From Raillietiella orientalis (Eukaryota), in NCBI GenBank assembly GCA_036172245.1, contig JAYWIR010000019.1, positions 2,294,001-2,358,000 of the forward strand: 64,000 bases of DNA, written 5' to 3'. Both the position numbers and the translations under genes were made by a program. Shown one piece after another: positions 22,188-34,247 of the stretch. The number at the start of each line of letters is the position of its first letter. Position 1 is the stretch's first letter. A model generated the notes under the pieces. It saw only the letters and a list, made by a program, of their open reading frames with translations. It had not been told where the DNA came from and did not search any database.

Positions 22188-25100
22188 ATGTCCATTTTCA
22201 ACAACGTAACGAATCAAATGAGTTCATGGTTTGGTGGTGTTATTAAACGCACTGAAAATGGTAAACATATTGATGGCTCTTCCAAAAATGATACGAACGT
22301 AGAGAAAGATACGGTAAATGTGGACGCGTCCCAAAGTTTTGTGGAATCTGGAGAAGCTGTACAACCTGTCGTTGAATCCATGCAAAAAAATGATGACAGT
22401 TCGAGGTATTGAATATCTTATTTGCATCCGCAATGTAACGTGCATGATGTGTTTCGTGTCAGTAGGATAAAATCTCTTTTATAAAACAATTGTGAACCCT
22501 AATGCAAGGTGTTCTACGTTGTGAATATATTTCCTTCTGAATTACGTTGTCCTCAATATTTATGTAAGCCAAAGCAATCCGCTACAATGTCAAAAGACTG
22601 CCATTTCGCTCTATTCGTATCTGTTACCCAGGGAGGGTGTTTCAATCTCAAAATTCTTTCAAACATGGAATTTGTTTCAAAAGCACGATTTGTTTAATTC
22701 GAGAACACATTGAATTTCACTGAATCAGAGGGTAATTGTAAGCGTAATTAATTAATTATTAAAAGTCAGCGTTGCAGCCAGATGTGCAGTGCCCATACGA
22801 TGTTTTCCAACAAGTTTGCAATCATCATCCAGGTTGAGATGTTTCTTAATTAAATACCACTAGAACTCCCTCTTGTGCAGTCATTGCTCAATTTGAAACC
22901 GTCTGGGACTTGAAAGTGATTAGGAAATTTCCCATTCATTGAATGAATAACTGCGATATTTTACATTTAGATTTCGCATCATATTGGATGCCTGCTGTAT
23001 CATCAACTTACATTTTTATGCCAGCATTGCTTTCCACCCAACCTTTCCCATTAATTATCGAGGAACTGATAACGAATTGTCGAGCAATTGTTATAGTATA
23101 CACTTAACCAAACTACTAATTTAGTAGTATTGAATTTGGTACCAAATTACATGGTTAATTATAGGTAAACTTTAACCATATTTCCCTTATTTATAATACG
23201 AAAAAGTATTTTGATTCCATTCCATAGTGTTTTGTAATATATTGATGATTCGAATGTTTCTCGTGGGCTTCACTTTTTAGCATACAAGTCTATTTACACG
23301 TTTGCTTTTTTTTTTTCTGAGAGAAATATAAATAATAGAAATTATTTTCTACTTCTCTGCCAACCTAAATGTTTATAATAAGCAGATTTTTTGCATTTAA
23401 TTAGGCTGCAGAACATAATTTAAAAGTTTAGGAAATTAATCTTGTTAGAAGTCAAATGTTTTCTTATAAAATTTTTTTGATCATACGGCAGTTATCTTTG
23501 AAAACACGACCATTAATTAAAACCGAGGTCTTCAGTTATATGTTTTCGTACTTCCAATTATTTGTTTTTGGCATGAATTTTTTCACTATTCCCTTTTTTC
23601 TTCATTCTTTCTGTTATCTTTTGTTATGATTTGGCTCTTGAATGCATCAAACATTTTGAAGTATCAAAATGTAAGAGATTATGTTTGTTACATCGCAAGA
23701 TTTTTTGAGTATTATTCAGAATTCAGCCTTTAAAATAATTCTTTTTTTTTCGCATGTAATGTATGCACAGATGTTATTATATTTGTTAATAGAAACACAT
23801 ATACATACAATAGGCACATGAGTACATACAGAATAACTTTGATGGTGTTAAAAGTTACAAGTAGTGATGGTGTTAAAAGCGTTAAAAGCAGTGAGAAACA
23901 AAAAAAGTAAATGTAAAATTGCATCTTTCAAATGATCAAGACTTTGTGTGAATGTTATTACATCAGAATATTTCAGATACATACATTGCGTATAAAATTG
24001 TATTGTAGTACAACAGAAGGAGCTGACAGTGAATGTGCTTCAATAGACAGTGCAGATGCATTCAGTAGGGATCATAACCCATTTCCTACATTGGAATCCA
24101 TCAGTTCTGGCATTGAGGATGTTTCCAATAAAGCACTTCAAAGAGCAAAGAACTTTGGGAATCTGTTATTCACTGCTGTAAACAAAGCAGGAAAAACTGT
24201 GACAGAGGCAGGAGCTAAGATTAAAAAGACTGTTGGTGAAACTGTAAGTGCGTTGTTTACAACAAAAGTAAGTTTCTGAATGTCAAGTAGAGCATTATAG
24301 GCGAATTCAATCGAGAACAAGACAATTTTGTTAAAGAAAAGCTGAGTAAAATTAAAGAAAGATCTTCTCCTCCATGGGTTGGATGTCCAGATGAAAACAT
24401 TTTAAAGGAACAGATTTTATCTCTTTCTACGGTAGCACACATAAGGTCATATGTTACGTAGATTCATGTTTATTCAGGAAAGACGCAATTTTCTGAGAAG
24501 CCCACCACCTGAAGTAGAGTTTGTCTATGATAAAGATTTAATGCACCCAATTGCTATGGCTACTCTGTCTGAAGATAGTAATCTTCAAGAAATGAGATTT
24601 CAGCTGGTTCCAAAAGAGTATGCTGCTGTTGATAATAGGTAATAAATTATTGTAATTATCTAGGATATCAGAAAATGACTTCTGGCGAAATTATTTTTAT
24701 CGTGTGAGTTTGATTTGCCAGTCTTCTCAGTTATCTTCACATGACCAAGGAAGTGTTGAAGGATTGAAGGATTCATCAAAATCATCAAGCTTTGAAAGTG
24801 AGGTTTGGCTTTATTTTTCTCTTACTAATTTATATTGCAATTCAGGTGATCAAGTAGATGAGGTGCCATCACTATCAGATAGTCCCCATGAATTTGTGTC
24901 AGATTCTTTTCAAGTTACTTCTCAAGACATGGAAGAAGTAAAAGCAGGCATGAAATTGCTGGGGATGGAGAGGAACACATCAGGTACATCTGATGAGTAT
25001 CTATTAAGAGATAAATTTCCATAAGAGAAAGTGAACCTTGCTATTCAGGGAGGATGTTTATTCCTGATTTACTTACTTTTTTTTCTTATTCTATGCAGCT

Positions 25101-25422
25101 TAAGCCATATCAGCCATTGTCTAGCTTCTTTGCTGGGCATTGTGCTATCTTGGCGACGCCTGGGGCAGCAGGGGACAAATCAAAACTCCCTTTGGGGGTG
25201 CAATAACCAAATGTTTGGCGGAGTGACATTTCCATTTTTTGTGGTCACAGTCTTCCTTTCTTTTTGGCAGAAAAAGACTGGGAGAAAGAGCTGCAAGCAG
25301 AATTACAAGAGTATGAAGTTGTCAATGGACAACATTTGGACTCTTCTGATTGGGATGCAGAAATTCAGCAGATGTTAGAAGTGCAAGATTTAGCATCCAA
25401 AGAAAGCAAATTGTGTTCATGA
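22188..25422 (+). CDS. SYAP1: Synapse-associated protein 1 / Sap47 (BSD domain), 7 coding exons, about 385 aa
   Basis: join(22188..22405,24009..24243,24291..24431,24478..24617,24664..24797,24846..24983,25271..25422). All introns GT-AG, phases consistent, total 1158 nt. Family motifs: [62 protein letters not shown] (BSD) and C-terminal DWEKELQAELQEYEVV. Confidence 0.95.
25117..25231 (+). ncRNA. Candidate intronic H/ACA-box snoRNA-like double hairpin in SYAP1 intron 6
   Basis: Hairpin 1 CTTTGCT...AGCAGGG with inner GGGC/GCCT and GCTA/TGGC stems. ANANNA-type H box AAATCA (25177-82). Hairpin 2 ACTCC/GGAGT plus TTTGG/CCAAA. ACA at 25226-28 lies 14 nt after the upper stem. No target identified. 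Confidence 0.3.
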
Positions 25423-28400
25423 AGTTCCCTACTGATTCCAGGCAAATGTTCATCTTGATTTTTCATCTATCTTCCACAAGGTGCATTTCCATGTTTTTGT
25501 GTCATGTTGCTCATATCTTTGTGAGATATAAGTTGCATTAGCAATTCTGCACAGTGATTCCATTGTCATTTCCCATGTAGAGCTCTTATTTATGTTATGT
25601 ATTTCTTGGGGAAAAAGAATACTGTGTGAATAATTTGTTGCATTTTTGTTGGATGATAACCATGCAATTTTGGGAAAGTGCTTGAATTTTAAGGTGTTAT
25701 GTTTCTCAAAAACTGTGATTATACCAAATTCATGAATTACTATTATGTGGTGTTTATAAGATTACATTTTCTGTCTGTGGGACATTGGTGATGTTCCAAA
25801 TTCATTAATAAATTGTGCATTTTCCACCAAAGGTTTTGTATAACTATGCTGTATTTTATGCAGAACCAAAATGTGTTTGTATTGGAACATAAGTTTTTAG
25901 TTTGTTCAAAATCTGGAGGATGTACTTTAATTGTAATGTTATCTTCAGACGAATTTGTATGTATGAGGTTAAAAAATATAATCATCCAGATTACAAACAG
26001 AGGCAGATGTATCATTTTTGTGCTTAGTAGAGGATGCTGGATGGTAATATTAGAAGGATTATTATATATTTATGTATAAAGCTGAATCACAATTATTTGA
26101 ACTGCTGAAGCCAAATTCTCAAATTTTGTAAAAAAAAAATTTTCACTCTTATTTCAGTTTTTTTTAAACACATTGATTGTAATTTTAATTTCAAGAATAC
26201 TATGTGCTTCTTAACATATTAGCTGTCAGTTTGAGAAATTCAGTTGAAAGTTCTTGGATTACTTCACGTAATTTTATGTTTGTTTATTTATTCAAGCCAA
26301 TTAGGGTGTCAAGTAATTAAATGCCGGATGTTCTATATTAATGTACAACAAAACCAGATACAGTTGAAAATTTTTGATTCTTAATGATTAACATATCCTT
26401 TAACATTTTTTGGCATAAACATTTTACCATTTGGAAAATTTGTCATCATATATGATGGACTGTATAACATCTTACAAAAGTGATTCACCAGTGTATGAAA
26501 AATATATGTGATTTTCGATCCAAGAATTTGTATATATTATGAAATAAAGGTGTACCATTTGACTTCATAAAACTTTTTAAACTCAGCGAAAAATTGGTGT
26601 TTGCATTCAACAGTGTTGCTAACGTATTTATTTGAAATTTTGATAGTGCTTGAGCTTCTTGTGATAACACATATTTAGTGTATATTGAGTCATATTAATT
26701 AACCTTAGTCTTTTCAAGTTCTGTACTCATATTGTTTATATACATGGTATTTTAGTAAGAAGGTTTTGTAATCAGGATATTCTAATAAATTTTAGTCATG
26801 TTCGTTATTTGTGACATAGCATTCCAGAGTTTAATCTGTCCTGTGTGAAAAATAGGTGCCGGTTTTCATACTAATGTTAAAATAGGAAATTATTTTGAAA
26901 TCGTTGTTGCATTTCCCGGAGACCCTTGCTGCAGATTATCTGCATCAGTTTACAACTTCGAGTTTACATCAGTTTTGATATACCCAAGACAAAATGTGCT
27001 CTCAAGTTTCAGAACACAGTGAAATAATGCTCAGATGCTTTAAGAAAAGTTCCATTGTTTATTTACATACTTGCCTTCGCCATTTCAAATTAAATAATGT
27101 TGGGGGGAAAAAAAAATTTCATTTAAATCACTAGCGCATGTCGTACGAAACTGTCATAAATCTCATCTTTTAAGTATCCACTTAATTTTAATTTTTATTT
27201 GTGATTGTCTCTAAGTGCTGGTTGGAAAATATCACTTAGAAGATATGAAGTAAATCAGGAAGATGACTTTCTCTGTATCGATGTAGATTGCAGTTTTTTC
27301 TTCGTATTTTGTGCCAAGACCTCGACCAAGCCTTTCGTTGGGTTCTGTAAAATGAAAATTTGCTCGAACCACGCAACGAAATGCATCCATAAGTACCAAA
27401 GCATGCTCTCCGCCAGAGGTTTTTGTATTGAAGTTTGCCCCAAAAGACTTACAGTTCAGTGAATTATTTTTACCCGCTATGATGATTTGCAATTTTGTTG
27501 CATTCAAATTCAACTGGACTTCAGATACAGAATAAGACCGGTTTCTTCGTAGTGTGAGGTTTAATTCTATAGGCTTTCGATTATACCTTTCAATGGAAGT
27601 TCTAGTTCTCCCTTGGCCAGTGAAGTTTCCATGCTGCTCTCAGTGATTTAGCAAGTCTGTGTCTTTTTAATCTTCATATTTCACGCACAGTTGGCAATTC
27701 CGAACCTTATGGTTTATTAATGATTTGTTAACAGCGTTTCCCCATCTGGTTTCCTTTTTCACTTTTGATCAACGTATAAGTGACAAGCACAGCATTTATT
27801 CGGGTCTCCGTAATTGCAGCTCCATGTTTTGAAACAGTCAGGAGGGTTGTTTTAAACTTGGGAAGTTTCATCGGGGACTCTCTCCAGTACTTGGGGAAAT
27901 GTGCAAGTGTACACATTTGATTAATGAGGAACAAAACTGAGCAATGTGGAGCATTTATAGGAGAAATCGATTCTCGAGATCCAGTGCCTTGAGGAAGAAA
28001 ACCTCAAAAACACCTCTCACTTTTTTTGATCCCTAACTGTTCTTTTAGTCTCGACATTTGCATGCATCTTCCGTTTTTAGTTTTGTCCCATTTGCAATAT
28101 GTACGAAAACTTCTGTGCTTTTTTAAGAATGCAAGCAGAAGTTCACGTGTGTCGCAAAGTAATTCTTCTTGTACAAAGTCCTTTTGACGAACCGTTCACT
28201 TATCTGTATACGTCCAGGAATTCCTGTGCTCTCCTCACCCACACCAATTCGCTGTCGCAGCTGTTTTTCCTCTTTGTCCATTCATTACTGGAGAACCAGA
28301 TGTATGTCTCACCTCGAGATTTATACATGCTTGACAGTTGTACTTAGTGCTATACTTTGAATGACAATCATTCATGCAGTCTTCCCAAACTGAGGTTGCG

Positions 28401-31400
28401 CAAGTGAGTATAAAATGGGCTTAGATTTTTAATCGTGCCGATTTCAAATAATTGATGAGCAAGTTATGGAAATCTTCACCGGACCTGTGCTAGAAAAATT
28501 TGGAGCGAAGATTCTGTGGTTGTAGTCTTGTGTTCTCACTCATTAAGGAAATGGATGATGGTTGAATGACAGCAAGTGGAGAAAAAAAGCACAGACATGG
28601 CAAAAATGAAGGGAATAACGCAATTTGATTTCTTATCCAAGACCATTGGATCCATGACTTGCAGGTTCTTGCAGGTTTTTCTCTGGGAACGAAATTGTCT
28701 CACCGAGCAGTGTAGATCGGAATTTCAGACCAGTGTCCTTTAAAGTATCTGTCTCAGTCTTCAAAATCATATTTTGCTATCCGATTATTATTATTATTTT
28801 TGTGTGTGTGTGTGTGTTTCACGTGACCGTGGCACAAGTGGTTTCCCAGAAGCACCACGCTGTACTCTTTCGTGTAGCGCCATAGTCAGTTGAATGCATT
28901 TTGCCTGCTTGGGTGCAATTTCTCCATCACTTTCAGTGGGTAATTTTTCCCAGAAAAAAAATATCCCGTGTAGTAGTTGGAACAAGCTGTTGTCATGCTA
29001 GTTTGTGGCTCGCGCAGATTTTCGACAAGTGGCATTCTATCAGAAGAACACAAATAATCTTGGGAATGATGATGCACTACGGTGGGATACTCTTTCATCT
29101 ATAATAAACTGATAGGTAGTTTTCGTTTTTGCCGTCCAGAAAAGGAGGCTTTCCCGGGAAAAAATTTTTTTATTTTTTCAATGAAAACATTCAGTATTAC
29201 AATTATGCTTACGATACTTTTGGACGTGGAAAGCTTGGCCTGTTTTGTTTGCTGCATCCTTCCATTAGCAATCCTGAATGTTAATGAATGTTGTCTTTCG
29301 AGTAATTAATTCCAAAGAATTAATTGTTATGAGGGTTGAGGAATAACCAGGAAAGCTTGGGAAGAAAACATCGTTCCTAAATTGGTGATGACATCTGGAA
29401 AAGCAACAACTAAAATAATGGAAACTAAAGTGCTGAAATCGTATGCCATGATAGAAATCCCTCCCAGATGAACAATTCATTCTTTTCAGTAAACGAAGTG
29501 AGTGGGCATCAAAGTTATTCATGAAATGCTAGAGAGGTGTGAAGTATTAGCTGATGGGGACTTCACGAAAATAGGATACCACGAAAACGTAAGGAACGAA
29601 GACTCAAGAATCTGAATTACGTAAATAAACAAAATCATAAGTTTTACTATCGGTACACCTGAATGTTTGGACAGATTTGCGGAGACGGAAGTTTGAGCAG
29701 GAATACCATAAGCAAACTAACAGGTTTTCATCGAGTCTCTCAAATACTGAACTGGGTCCTGGAGTGTGTCGTGTCCCTCTGTGAGGGCAAACATATTCGA
29801 GATATAAGTGGATGTGCTAAAATTGTTTTTGACTTGGTCCATGAATTTGAGACGGTCCGATTCAGGGATGAATACAAGTGTAATCATTTCTCCTGGATAT
29901 CCTGGCGTCTTTGGATATTCTTGCAGTAACCCCTGCCCAAACCCTTTCTTGCACAGCCAAAAAGCGTAGGGACAGCACTTAAGTAGCTGAACTATTAGAT
30001 GCTTGCAAGTGACGCATGAAACACACACTAAAATGAATTGACAGCGTATTTTAATTTAATTATTTATAGTTTTTTAATTAAGTTAATTTTGTATTCTTAA
30101 AAAACACAAATAATACTCGATATTCGACTGCTTGAACTAGGGTATTCGTATGCATACTTTAGTCAGGGCGGAAGTTTTTGTTTCCTTTGAAGTCGTCTGG
30201 TCAATTCATCAAATGGATCATACGGCAGAGAATTTGAAATTCTCATTATCAATCCCCATCACCTTCACACATCAATATGTTCTGAAACTTGGGAATTCTG
30301 CAGATGACTGGGTGTTTTAGTGCAGCATTGTCTGTACCAAGGAAGTAAGTGTAGGCAGACAGCGGTTAAAATCCCTTCAATGAAGTAGTCCCGTTATTCC
30401 AGTTCGTACTATTCGAACATATAGTTGATCATATGTAAAATATGTAATTGGTTCCAGTTTAATGGAGGTAGGCAGTGAACAGTTTTAAGGATAAGGCTTG
30501 CTGAGAAAATATAATAAAAAAATTGAAAAAATCTATTTTAAATCTTCATTTATTGTCAACAAAGTCACAGGGGTAGTCAGAGAGCAGAACTCCTGCAAAG
30601 AATCCCAGGTAGTACCCATGAAAACAACAACCTTGCACTAGCCAAAACCTCTTTATTCGAAATGTTTTAGCAGCGTAAACTGAACTCTTCCCTTCAAAAC
30701 CTTTGAGAATTTCTTTGTGGATGCCTTACCCATGTGTTGGCGAATTTCCACGTTTCGATCGACGCTGGAGTCCGTATCCACAACTTTTTGTTTCGCCCGA
30801 AAGAAAGATATGTGCAAATTGCCTCGAGGGCGAACTCGTTTACTTGCACATAATCACACTCTTTGGCACTTTTGCCGACTTATTCCAACGTTCTATGTTG
30901 GTACAAAAGCAGATCATCGTCGGTGGATGCTTCCGAATATGATTTGAGCAGTTTTCTTTCAAACATCATTTTGTAATTTGTGAAAACCCAAATGTTTTCC
31001 CGACATTTGTTTCTTCTATTACAGTTTTTTTTCCTCGAAATCAGATTTATGCTTTAATGTCAGTAGCATGCCTCTGTTTTTGCATCCGTAGTGTTTCTGT
31101 CTTTGGAAATAATCCTCTTGTCCATTTTCTTGGGTTAACTTTCGAAACGTCCAAGGCGGATCTTGGAAGAGTTCAGGCTGAAGTAGCAGTGCCTAAAACC
31201 GTAACGGGAACTTGGTAATCTTAACCGCGCACGCACAGGGCCACATAACTGATTTTGGTTTTTATGGGGCACGATTTGGTTTTTTAGAAAGCCTTAATGA
31301 CCATTTTCTGCAACCAAAGACGAAAACCGAAAACATAAAGTCGAATTTTAAAAATACTATATAATACTATATACTATATAAAATAAAATCTCCAATACAT

Positions 31401-34239
31401 TATTCATATTGCTATCATTCTGTGATCATACCTCTACACTGTATCTAAAAGAAAAAAAAAAAGCAAATGTTCCAATATTTGATTCAAAAACGAACAATTG
31501 TGAGGACTGGAGATCTTGCTTGAAATGTGCCCAAATGCCAATAAATGCCAAAAAGGAATCCACTTCACTTACGCTTAGGGGAGTATCTATTTTATACCAT
31601 TTATCGTAATTTTAAAAGTATTTGATCGCTGGGTTTCTAAATAGATGATTTCGATGCTACCTGGAAGTAAATTATGTAGACAAAGTAGAGATTTTCTAGG
31701 CTATTTCTTTTGTAAACTCACTGAACACGTAACAGATATCTGTAACTGGGACATTTTTCGATGGGGGAAGGATTATTAAAACCAAAATTTTGATCAAGAC
31801 TGAATGAACACATACTATGACAGAATGGAAGTACATTTTCCATTTCTCATTCTTTTTTTTTTTTTTGTTTGTTTTCGTTTCATTACTTTCTTGCTTTTCA
31901 TTTCATTGCTGATTTTAGTTCGTTCTTGCATAAAATTTAATCTATTCATAATGCACATGGGACTACAATAAAATAATAAGGAAACACTATTGATTCAGCA
32001 GTCATATCTTGAAACTTTAACATCTATCTCAAAACGGTCTCCATGTGCTTTTGTACACAGCTCCACATTTTCTACAGCTCTTATGACAATTCTCAAAATA
32101 AAGTAGATTACTAAGAATGCGTTTAGATCTGCTAACTCACTAATGTGCCATGGCGAGCTTCTTTCAGGTGAGTTTTCAGTTTTGCAAATAAAGTAGAATT
32201 TTCAGTTTTTAGTGTCGGAAATAATGATAAGTCAAAACCTTCACAACTATATTGTCAAATAGTGGCCAAATCGCCAGGAGAAAAAACGAACTTCAAACAT
32301 GTGGCACTGCTGCCTGGTCCAAGAATAATACAGTTGCCACCTTTGCGTTTTCATTTCGGGGTAATGAAAATTTTCGTCGGGACACGAAACAAAAACAGTA
32401 ACGGGTCTCAGCATCAAACAGAAATTCTTCCTATTTTAGGATGTGAACTAAAATGAACTAATTTTTGTAGAATTGCACATAAGGAAGCTTTTTCAGGATC
32501 CAGCTTCGGGAGCTACTTGAAAGAAACAGTTGCTGAAAAGTCTTGACAAGAAAACGTAAACCAGTCATTCGTAATACGACAAAAATATGACAATCACAAT
32601 AACTATTGACAGGTTTGTTTGGATGCCGAAACTAATGGGATTTTTGTAACTAACATTTCATCGCATCCAGTATTTTTCCATGAATATTTAGGAGCTGCAA
32701 GCAATATACAAGTAGAATGCTTTCGTTCGGTTTCAAGTGATGGAACACAATGCAACAATTTTGTATTTGTGAAACAGCAATTTCAAATTACCATTGATTC
32801 ATCATAGAAAAATGACCGTATGAAATCAGCAATCTCAATGCAAAAATTGATTCCAAAAGCAGTCTCAATGTTTACTTTGACTATGCGAGGCAATTTGCAA
32901 AACTATTATTTATTCTAGTACATTGGAGTTACTAAAGATGCTAAGGAGCATGAGAGACTTATTTACTGTATTAACAAGTTTCAAAAAAAAAGATGATATC
33001 AAAATGGTCTGCTACTTTCAAATGGATTTGTTCTAGTTTGCAAGGAAACTTCCGACATCTTGGTGATTATGAATTTCTAAGATTACCACACTTCCAAAAC
33101 GTGTAGCGTTTTCTCAATCTTTTAGTGACGATTACCAAAAGCTGTTTCATTTTATTCAATAGTCATTTTATGTGAGACACACATGACTAATCTGAATTGT
33201 TTTGAATATAACATTTTTCAAGGAAATTTGTCAGTGCTCGTCAGAAGGTGTGTACTTGGAAGTTCAGAACTTCCGTGTTTCTTAAGAGAAAAAGAAGTGG
33301 CGAGCCTATTTCGTTTCTTTGTAAGTGGGAACATTCAAGTTATGTTTGCATTTATAATAAAATTATCGCACTTATTTTACAAGTGATTCTCGATTCAGTG
33401 TCATTTTCCTCCACCAGCATTACATATACACTCCTCAATATTATATCTATTTTGTATCCTCTTTATTCAGAATGTGAAATTAATATTCGTTGCAGTTTTT
33501 TTTGAATGCTATTCTGCTAAGTAGGTATTCATAACATTGGTCGCTGTAATAACTAAGATGTTGATATGGATTCATAATTCTTTTGAATAGCTTTAGGAAT
33601 TCGAATAATTAAAGACTAGTAATAACAGTGAAATAACCTAATAGCCTTGTTCCTATTGTTATGTAAAACTATGCATTCCAGAGCTAGGCATGTTTTAGGC
33701 TTTTGTTTTTCTCCCTCATTTTTGAAATATCTAAATCTTTGTGTTTATCTTCTAACGAAAACTTTATTTTCATTAAAAACGCTGGATTACTGATATTCTT
33801 TCGTTTTTCTTAGATGTTACGTTGTTTAGGTACTAAAATACATATTTCTAACATGAGAAAATTTCAAATTTTATACTTAAAGGTTTACATGCATGATCCA
33901 ACATAATCTCTTCCTTTGTGGGTTTCCATTCCTATTATTTGATCGCCGCATATGAAAATCCAACCTTTGTATTACAGAAACATGATACAATTTAAAACTT
34001 TGAAACAAGTGCATATATCCACTTGGACGTTATTTTTAGTCTTATCAAATATTTAACCGAATTTAAGAATAATGGAGACGTAAACCCATAAAAACGGTGG
34101 TTTGCTGAAAGAAAACTCAGATTTTCGGCAGTCATTTACAATGGTTTGTTGCCCACTCTTTGGGTTTTCAATGAGCTGTTGTATTTACATTTCACAGATG
34201 CATACAATTCGACTCAAACTGTTATTCCCTGTGTGCACA

Positions 34240-34247
34240 TGACGTCA
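34240..34247. promoter_or_regulatory. Palindromic CRE (TGACGTCA) in a locally CpG-retaining segment, probably the RBM15 promoter region
   Basis: Perfect TGACGTCA beside a TGTGCACA palindrome, just upstream of a CpG-poor stretch that runs to the acceptor at 38509-38510 ahead of the RBM15 ATG. The link to RBM15 is inferred. Confidence 0.35.

Noticed and set aside
24990..25067. C-box-like TGATGA and D-box CTGA pair suggesting a C/D snoRNA
   Set aside because: The C box is only about 7 nt from the 5' splice site, there is no convincing terminal stem or guide, and the CTGA is better explained as a branch point.
25031..25378. 115-aa hydrophobic ORF
   Set aside because: Mostly SYAP1 intron 6 plus an alternative frame of exon 7; the hydrophobicity comes from T tracts.
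30700..31150. Minus-strand peptides faintly resembling a Myb/SANT-like (Harbinger-type) domain
   Set aside because: Similarity too weak, several stops, no TIRs identified.
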